A stretch of DNA of 64,000 nt from Acidobacteriota bacterium (GTDB lineage Bacteria; Acidobacteriota; UBA890; WLXD01): contig CBDFKD010000002.1 of the NCBI GenBank assembly GCA_965248695.1, forward strand, positions 5,600,001 through 5,664,000, written 5' to 3'. Each line of letters opens with the position of its first letter. Position 1 is the stretch's first letter. Under the pieces are notes generated by a model. The model had not been told where the DNA came from, ran no database searches, and saw only the letters and a list, made by a program, of their open reading frames with translations. A program made the translations under genes and the position numbers. Positions 58,936 to 64,000 of the stretch are shown here, piece after piece.

Positions 58936-60240
58936 TCACGTCGGCGCCGACGTGGGGGCCGAAACGCCCTCGCCGACAACAATTCGGCCGCGCTTGATCA
59001 CCCACCGCGGGCCCAGCTGTCCGAACCGGTACGGCAGCATTCGATAATCGTCGGTCGCGTAGATCTGCAGATCGGCCCGCATGCCCGGCTCCAGTCGGCC
59101 GACGACGGCGCCCTGGCCGATCGCATGCGCCGCGTTGGTGGTCGCTGCCACCAGCGCCGCCTCGGGGCTCATCCCCAGCAGCGTGCAGGCGAGCGAGACG
59201 ATCAAGCCCATCGACTCGACGGCGCTCGTCCCGGGGTTGAAGTCGGTGGCAAGCGCAATCGGAACCCCCGCTGCCTGCAGACGGCGCGCCGGTGCCTGCC
59301 GGCGCGACATCACGTACAGCGGCACCGACGGCAGCAGCACCGCCACGACTCCCGCACCCGCAAGCGCCGCGATCCCAGCGGTTGAGATGTAGTCGAGATG
59401 GTCCGCCGAGGCAGCCCCGACCTCCGCGGCGAGCTCTGCACCGCCACTTTCCCCGAGCTGATCAGCGTGGACCTTGACGCCGCACCCGGCGCGGCCGGCC
59501 GCGGCAAAGACGCGGCGACACTCCGGTACCGAAAACGCGCCGTCCTCGCAGAACGCATCGACGTAGTCGACGCGATCCGCGAGCGTCGCGATGATCTCCT
59601 CGACTAGATCCAGATATCCCTCGCGGTCCTCGCGGAACTCACGCGGCACCGCATGCGCCGCCAGCAGCGTCACCACCACGTCCGTGGCTTCGGTCGCTCC
59701 CAAGCGTCGTGCCGCGCGCACGAGCTTTGCCTCGTCGGAGGCGCTGAGCCCGTAGCCGCTCTTGGCCTCGACGGTAGTCGTGCCGCTGTTCATCATGCGG
59801 CGTAGCCGGCGCGTCCCGATCTCGACGAGCTCCTCCTCACCACAGGCGCGGGTAGCGGCAACCGTGCTCAGAATGCCGCCACCAGCCTTCAGGATGTCGC
59901 CGTAGCTGTCGCCAGCGATGCGCTGGGCAAACTCGCCCGGCCGCCAGCCGCCGAACAACACGTGAGTATGTGGGTCGACGAATCCGGGCAGCAGCACACC
60001 GCCGGCGGCGTCCAGGCTCACGGCATCGGGCGCCACCCGTACGCTCGACAGGATGCCGCTGGCCGGGCCGGCATAGACGATCTGTTCGCCGGCCACCGCG
60101 ATGGCGGCGTCCTCGACCAGACCGACGTTGTTCTGATCGGCGCCACAGCTCGGGCCGCTGGCCGGCCCGGTCATTGTCAGGCACTGCCGCAGGCCGCGCA
60201 CCACCAGCGTGGCGACCGTCTTGCCACCGGCGTCTGTCAT
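58936..60240 (-). CDS. hutI: Imidazolonepropionase
   Basis: PGFVDPHTH, GGGILSTV, EAKSGYGL, DAFCE, KVHADQL, SADHL, LATDFNPG. Confidence 0.96.
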   Translation of the reverse strand: MTDAGGKTVATLVVRGLRQCLTMTGPASGPSCGADQNNVGLVEDAAIAVAGEQIVYAGPASGILSSVRVAPDAVSLDAAGGVLLPGFVDPHTHVLFGGWRPGEFAQRIAGDSYGDILKAGGGILSTVAATRACGEEELVEIGTRRLRRMMNSGTTTVEAKSGYGLSASDEAKLVRAARRLGATEATDVVVTLLAAHAVPREFREDREGYLDLVEEIIATLADRVDYVDAFCEDGAFSVPECRRVFAAAGRAGCGVKVHADQLGESGGAELAAEVGAASADHLDYISTAGIAALAGAGVVAVLLPSVPLYVMSRRQAPARRLQAAGVPIALATDFNPGTSAVESMGLIVSLACTLLGMSPEAALVAATTNAAHAIGQGAVVGRLEPGMRADLQIYATDDYRMLPYRFGQLGPRWVIKRGRIVVGEGVSAPTSAPT

Positions 60241-60282
60241 CGGTCACCAACGATCAGCGTCGCCACCTGCGTAGCGGCAAGC

Positions 60283-61995
60283 TCAGTCATCGAGCGTAGG
60301 CATGTTCACGTTGCGGGCGCGGGCCGTCTCGGCGGCGAGCTCGTAGCCGGCGTCGGCGTGACGCACGACTCCCAGCCCAGGATCAACGGTGAGCACTCGC
60401 TCGAGTCGCTCCGCCTTGCGCTCCGTGCCGTCGGCGACGATCACCATCCCGGCGTGCAGAGCGCGTCCCATTCCGACCCCGCCGCCATGATGAAACGATA
60501 TCCACGAGGCGCCACTGACCGCGTTCATGGCGAAGTTCAAGAGCGGCCAGTCGGCGACCGCGTCGGACCCGTCGATCATCGCCTCGGTCTCCCGGTTCGG
60601 CGACGCAACCGAGCCACAGTCGAGATGATCGCGACCAATCGCGACCGGCGCCGACACTTCGCCGGAGGCCACCAGGCGGTTTATCTCCAGTCCGAATCGC
60701 GCCCGCTCGCCGTAGCCCAGCCAGCAGATCCTCGACGGTAGCCCGAGCTGTGGGACGCGCTCCCGCGCCAGGCTGACCCACCGGTGCAGCACCGGATCGT
60801 CCGGGAACACACGGATGAGGGCATCGTCCAGCACGTCGAGGTCTGCCTCGTCGCCTGATAGACAGGCCCATCTGAAGGGGCCTTTCCCTTCGCAGAACAG
60901 CGGCCGAACGTAGGCCGGAACGAAGCCCGGATACAGATAGTGGCCGTCCTCGCCGCGCACCCGCAGGCCACCGCGCTCCGCCTGGCCGCGCAGGTTGTTG
61001 CCGTAGTCGAAGCACACTGCCCCGGCGCGCTGCAGATCGAGGATGCCCTGTGTGTGGGCCACGATCGACTCGAGAGATCGACGGCGGTACTCCTCCGGAT
61101 CGTCGGCGCGCAGCCGATCCACTTCGTCCAGATCGCCCAGCGGCACGTAGTCGAGCAGGTTATGCGCCGACGTCTGATCGGTGACCACGTCCGGAATCGC
61201 GCCGCGCACGGCGAGCTGCGGGTAAACCTCCGCCGCGTTGCCCACGAGCCCGACCGAGAGGCCACGGCCCTCGCTGCGCGCCGCCTCGATCCAGTCGAGC
61301 GCCTGATCCAGATCGTCCGCTTGGCGATCACAGTAGCCTTCCTCGACCTTGCGGGCAACCCGATGCGGGCGCACCTCCACGATCAGGACGGCCGCGTCGT
61401 TCATCGTCGCTGCCAGGGGCTGCGCACCGCTCATACCACCGAGCCCGGCGGTGAGCACGAACTTGCCGCGCAAGCTATCGGCGCCGAACTCCTGCCGCGC
61501 GCAGGCGGCGAAGGTCTCGTAGGTGCCCTGCAGGATTCCCTGCGTACCGATATAGATCCAGGACCCAGCAGTCATCTGCCCGTACATCATGAGCCCGGCC
61601 TGATCGAGCTCTTCGAAATGCTCCTCGGTGGCCCAGTCCGGTACCAGATTCGAATTGGCGATCACGACGCGCGGCGCGTCCGGCCAGGTGCGTGCGATGT
61701 ACACGGGCTTGCCCGACTGCACACAGAGGGTCTCGTCGGCGGCCAGCCCCTGCAGGGCGGTGACGATCTTGCCGTACGCACGCCAGTTGCGCGCCGCCCT
61801 GCCGCTACCGCCGTATACCACCAGGTTCTCCCAGTCGACGGCAACCTCGGGATCGAGGTTGTTCATCAGCATTCGCAGCGCGCCCTCCGTGTCCCACGTG
61901 GAGCAGCTGCGCTCGGTGCCGCGCGGCGCGCGGATCGGCCCCGCTGGACGATCCTCGGTGTACATCGGCCGGCTTGTGCCGTCGGAATCGGTCAT
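60283..61995 (-). CDS. hutU: Urocanate hydratase
   Basis: [52 protein letters not shown]. Confidence 0.97.
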   Translation of the reverse strand: MTDSDGTSRPMYTEDRPAGPIRAPRGTERSCSTWDTEGALRMLMNNLDPEVAVDWENLVVYGGSGRAARNWRAYGKIVTALQGLAADETLCVQSGKPVYIARTWPDAPRVVIANSNLVPDWATEEHFEELDQAGLMMYGQMTAGSWIYIGTQGILQGTYETFAACARQEFGADSLRGKFVLTAGLGGMSGAQPLAATMNDAAVLIVEVRPHRVARKVEEGYCDRQADDLDQALDWIEAARSEGRGLSVGLVGNAAEVYPQLAVRGAIPDVVTDQTSAHNLLDYVPLGDLDEVDRLRADDPEEYRRRSLESIVAHTQGILDLQRAGAVCFDYGNNLRGQAERGGLRVRGEDGHYLYPGFVPAYVRPLFCEGKGPFRWACLSGDEADLDVLDDALIRVFPDDPVLHRWVSLARERVPQLGLPSRICWLGYGERARFGLEINRLVASGEVSAPVAIGRDHLDCGSVASPNRETEAMIDGSDAVADWPLLNFAMNAVSGASWISFHHGGGVGMGRALHAGMVIVADGTERKAERLERVLTVDPGLGVVRHADAGYELAAETARARNVNMPTLDD

Positions 61996-62020
61996 CTCGC
62001 TTCCCGTTCGTCGCTCACGG

Positions 62021-63169
62021 TCACCTTCCGGAGCTTGTCTCGCGCAAGCGCCAGACAGAGATATCCGCCACGAACGCTTCGCCTAGCTGGGTGGTTCGCA
62101 GTGGTTCGAAATAGGCCTCGAATGCGCGATCCCAGCGGTTCAGAACCCGGTCGCCGGCGCCGCCTGGCCCGCGGTCCTCGTAGAGGATGCCGGCATGGTC
62201 ATCGATGGTGAGGATATCGCCAGGGCGCACAATGTCGAAGTCCACCGCCCGCAACGGATCGTTGGTCCAGTAGTAGGTGCCGTCGACGGCCAGGAACATG
62301 TCGTCCACCACCAGGTCGGCGATCTCCTGCAGACGATCCCACGGCAAGATGGGGCCCTCGTAGACGCCGGCGCGGCGTTGCGCCGCCTGCCAGAAGGCGA
62401 GCACGGTGCCACCCAGGAAACGGCTGGTCGGATGGTCGTCTGTCGAACCGACGATCGGAATGTACGGCAACCCGGCAAAGCCGTGTAGTACCCCGAACGC
62501 GTCGTCACCAGCGCGCACGGTCACGCGATGGGGGTGTTCAGCCTCCGACCGGGAGTGGACCGCGTCGGCCCCGGGCGACGCCGACCTCTGGAGGATACGG
62601 TCGCGCGGATCGCGAATCACCGCTCGGGCCATGAAGCGCATCGTGCCGGCACCGAGGTCCGGGTAGGCGTCACCGCCAGGATCGATGTCGGCCGCGTGGC
62701 TCCAGCCGAATCCCCAGCTCACTTGATAGTTGTCGGCGAACCCGATCTGGGTCACGTCGAAGGCCGGGTCGAAGGTCTCGTTGGCAAATGGGAACGTGGG
62801 CTCGACTTTGAACCAGAGAAACTCGGGCGCGTACCACCAACTGTTCCACGCCTCGACCGCGACGGGCTCGGCGTCTGGGGCGAGACGCACGCTCGGCGTC
62901 GTTCCGTACAGCACGGGCTCGCCACCGCCGAAGCGCGGAACGGCCTCCAGGATGGCGAACAAGGTCACGGGTGTGCCGGAGATCGTCTCCTTGGGCGCCA
63001 CGCTGGCCACGGTATCGCCGAGCGCCGCGGACGCGACCCATACCTGTCGAATCTCCGGCGTCAGCCAGGCACGGGCCCGCGGCACACCGAGAACAACAGA
63101 CAGCAGCGCCGCGACGACGGTCGAGGTAATCAACGCCAACCTCAGTCGTTCTGGAGACGGTGGGCGCAC
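62021..63169 (-). CDS. Secreted hypothetical protein
   Basis: GTG start with GGAAGG RBS and hydrophobic leader ending ARA; the upstream part of the ORF-track call overlaps the protease gene. Confidence 0.7.
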   Translation of the reverse strand: MRPPSPERLRLALITSTVVAALLSVVLGVPRARAWLTPEIRQVWVASAALGDTVASVAPKETISGTPVTLFAILEAVPRFGGGEPVLYGTTPSVRLAPDAEPVAVEAWNSWWYAPEFLWFKVEPTFPFANETFDPAFDVTQIGFADNYQVSWGFGWSHAADIDPGGDAYPDLGAGTMRFMARAVIRDPRDRILQRSASPGADAVHSRSEAEHPHRVTVRAGDDAFGVLHGFAGLPYIPIVGSTDDHPTSRFLGGTVLAFWQAAQRRAGVYEGPILPWDRLQEIADLVVDDMFLAVDGTYYWTNDPLRAVDFDIVRPGDILTIDDHAGILYEDRGPGGAGDRVLNRWDRAFEAYFEPLRTTQLGEAFVADISVWRLRETSSGR

Positions 63170-63251
63170 GTGCAGCCTTCCTACTGCCCCGCTACTCGTT
63201 GCCTGCAGCAGGGGCTCATGGCAGATCGCGGTGAACGGACGGCCGCGGCCA

Positions 63252-64000
63252 TCAGGACGTTGCGATCGCGGCGGGGTCCTCGTCCGGGGCCAACAAGCCG
63301 GCGCGACCGATGAGGCGCGACGCCACCCGTCGCACAGTGTTGATCGGAATCGCAAAACCGACCCCGGCATAGGCTCCGCGCCCCGATCTCGAAGCAGCCT
63401 CGGAGACCGCGATGGCGGTGTTGATGCCGATGACCTCGCCGCGCAGATTCGCCAGCGGGCCGCCCGAGTTGCCTGGATTGATCGCAGCGTCGGTCTGGAT
63501 GAAGGCGCTGCGCAGCGACAGCGACCGTACGCGGCGATCGAGGGCGCTGACGATACCCGTCGACACAGTTCCGGTGAGCCGGAACGGAGCACCCATGGCC
63601 ACCACCCACTCGCCCACCTGCAGCACCTCGGAATCACCCAACGCGGCGGCGCGCAGCGGCTCCACGACGTCGACTTTCAGCACCGCAAGGTCGGTGCCGC
63701 TGTCGCGGCCGACGACGGTTGCCGGCAAGGGCGGCTTGCCCTGCAGCTGGACCTCGATGTACCCGGCACCCTCCACCACGTGCCAGTTAGTGACCAGGTA
63801 GCCATCTGCTCGCACCACCAGCGCCGAGCCACTCGAACGCTGCGCAGATCCCTCGGCACGCGCTCCTTCGTAGATCGCCACCACGGCTACCGAAGGTTCG
63901 AGCACGCGGGCAACTTCGGTCCACGAGGTGGCGAGAGGCTCGGTGCGAAACTCCGGTACTGGGCCGCCGAGGTCGACCTCGGGCCACATGGCGCCGTCCG
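63252..64000 (-). CDS. Trypsin-like (HtrA/DegP family) serine protease, 5' partial, no PDZ domain
   Basis: VTNWHVV, DLAVLK, QTDAAINPGNSGGPL, GFAIP; frame open to the window edge. Confidence 0.9.
   Translation of the reverse strand, partial: DGAMWPEVDLGGPVPEFRTEPLATSWTEVARVLEPSVAVVAIYEGARAEGSAQRSSGSALVVRADGYLVTNWHVVEGAGYIEVQLQGKPPLPATVVGRDSGTDLAVLKVDVVEPLRAAALGDSEVLQVGEWVVAMGAPFRLTGTVSTGIVSALDRRVRSLSLRSAFIQTDAAINPGNSGGPLANLRGEVIGINTAIAVSEAASRSGRGAYAGVGFAIPINTVRRVASRLIGRAGLLAPDEDPAAIATS

Noticed and set aside
63170-63637. N-terminal extension of ORF 62021..63637
   Set aside because: Overlaps the HtrA protease on the same strand; a better start with RBS exists at 63169.

Overview
GC-rich bacterial window, most likely Acidobacteriota-like (inferred from the Oar-type TonB receptors, TPR/CRTAC1/sulfatase genes and DUF1552). 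It is dominated by exported amine/amide-processing and redox enzymes, with one complete IS3-family element and hutU-hutI near the right end. The main finding is five paralogous Rieske non-heme-iron oxygenase alpha subunits (GbcA/Stc2-like). All five carry twin-arginine (Tat) leaders and an unusual insertion inside the Rieske motif. No ferredoxin or NAD(P)H reductase gene is present in the window, and in three places the Rieske gene(s) are immediately followed by a Tat-exported spermidine-dehydrogenase-like (FAD/heme b) flavoprotein. This suggests a periplasmic oxygenase-dehydrogenase system. Also notable: tandem secreted terpene-cyclase-fold proteins with CxxCH, a ~75-bp conserved upstream element in 4-6 copies, an IS-interrupted repeat array or candidate sRNA upstream of a sigma54-type promoter, a DUF1585 gene remnant, and several enzymes lacking canonical catalytic residues. 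No rRNA, tRNA or CRISPR array was seen.
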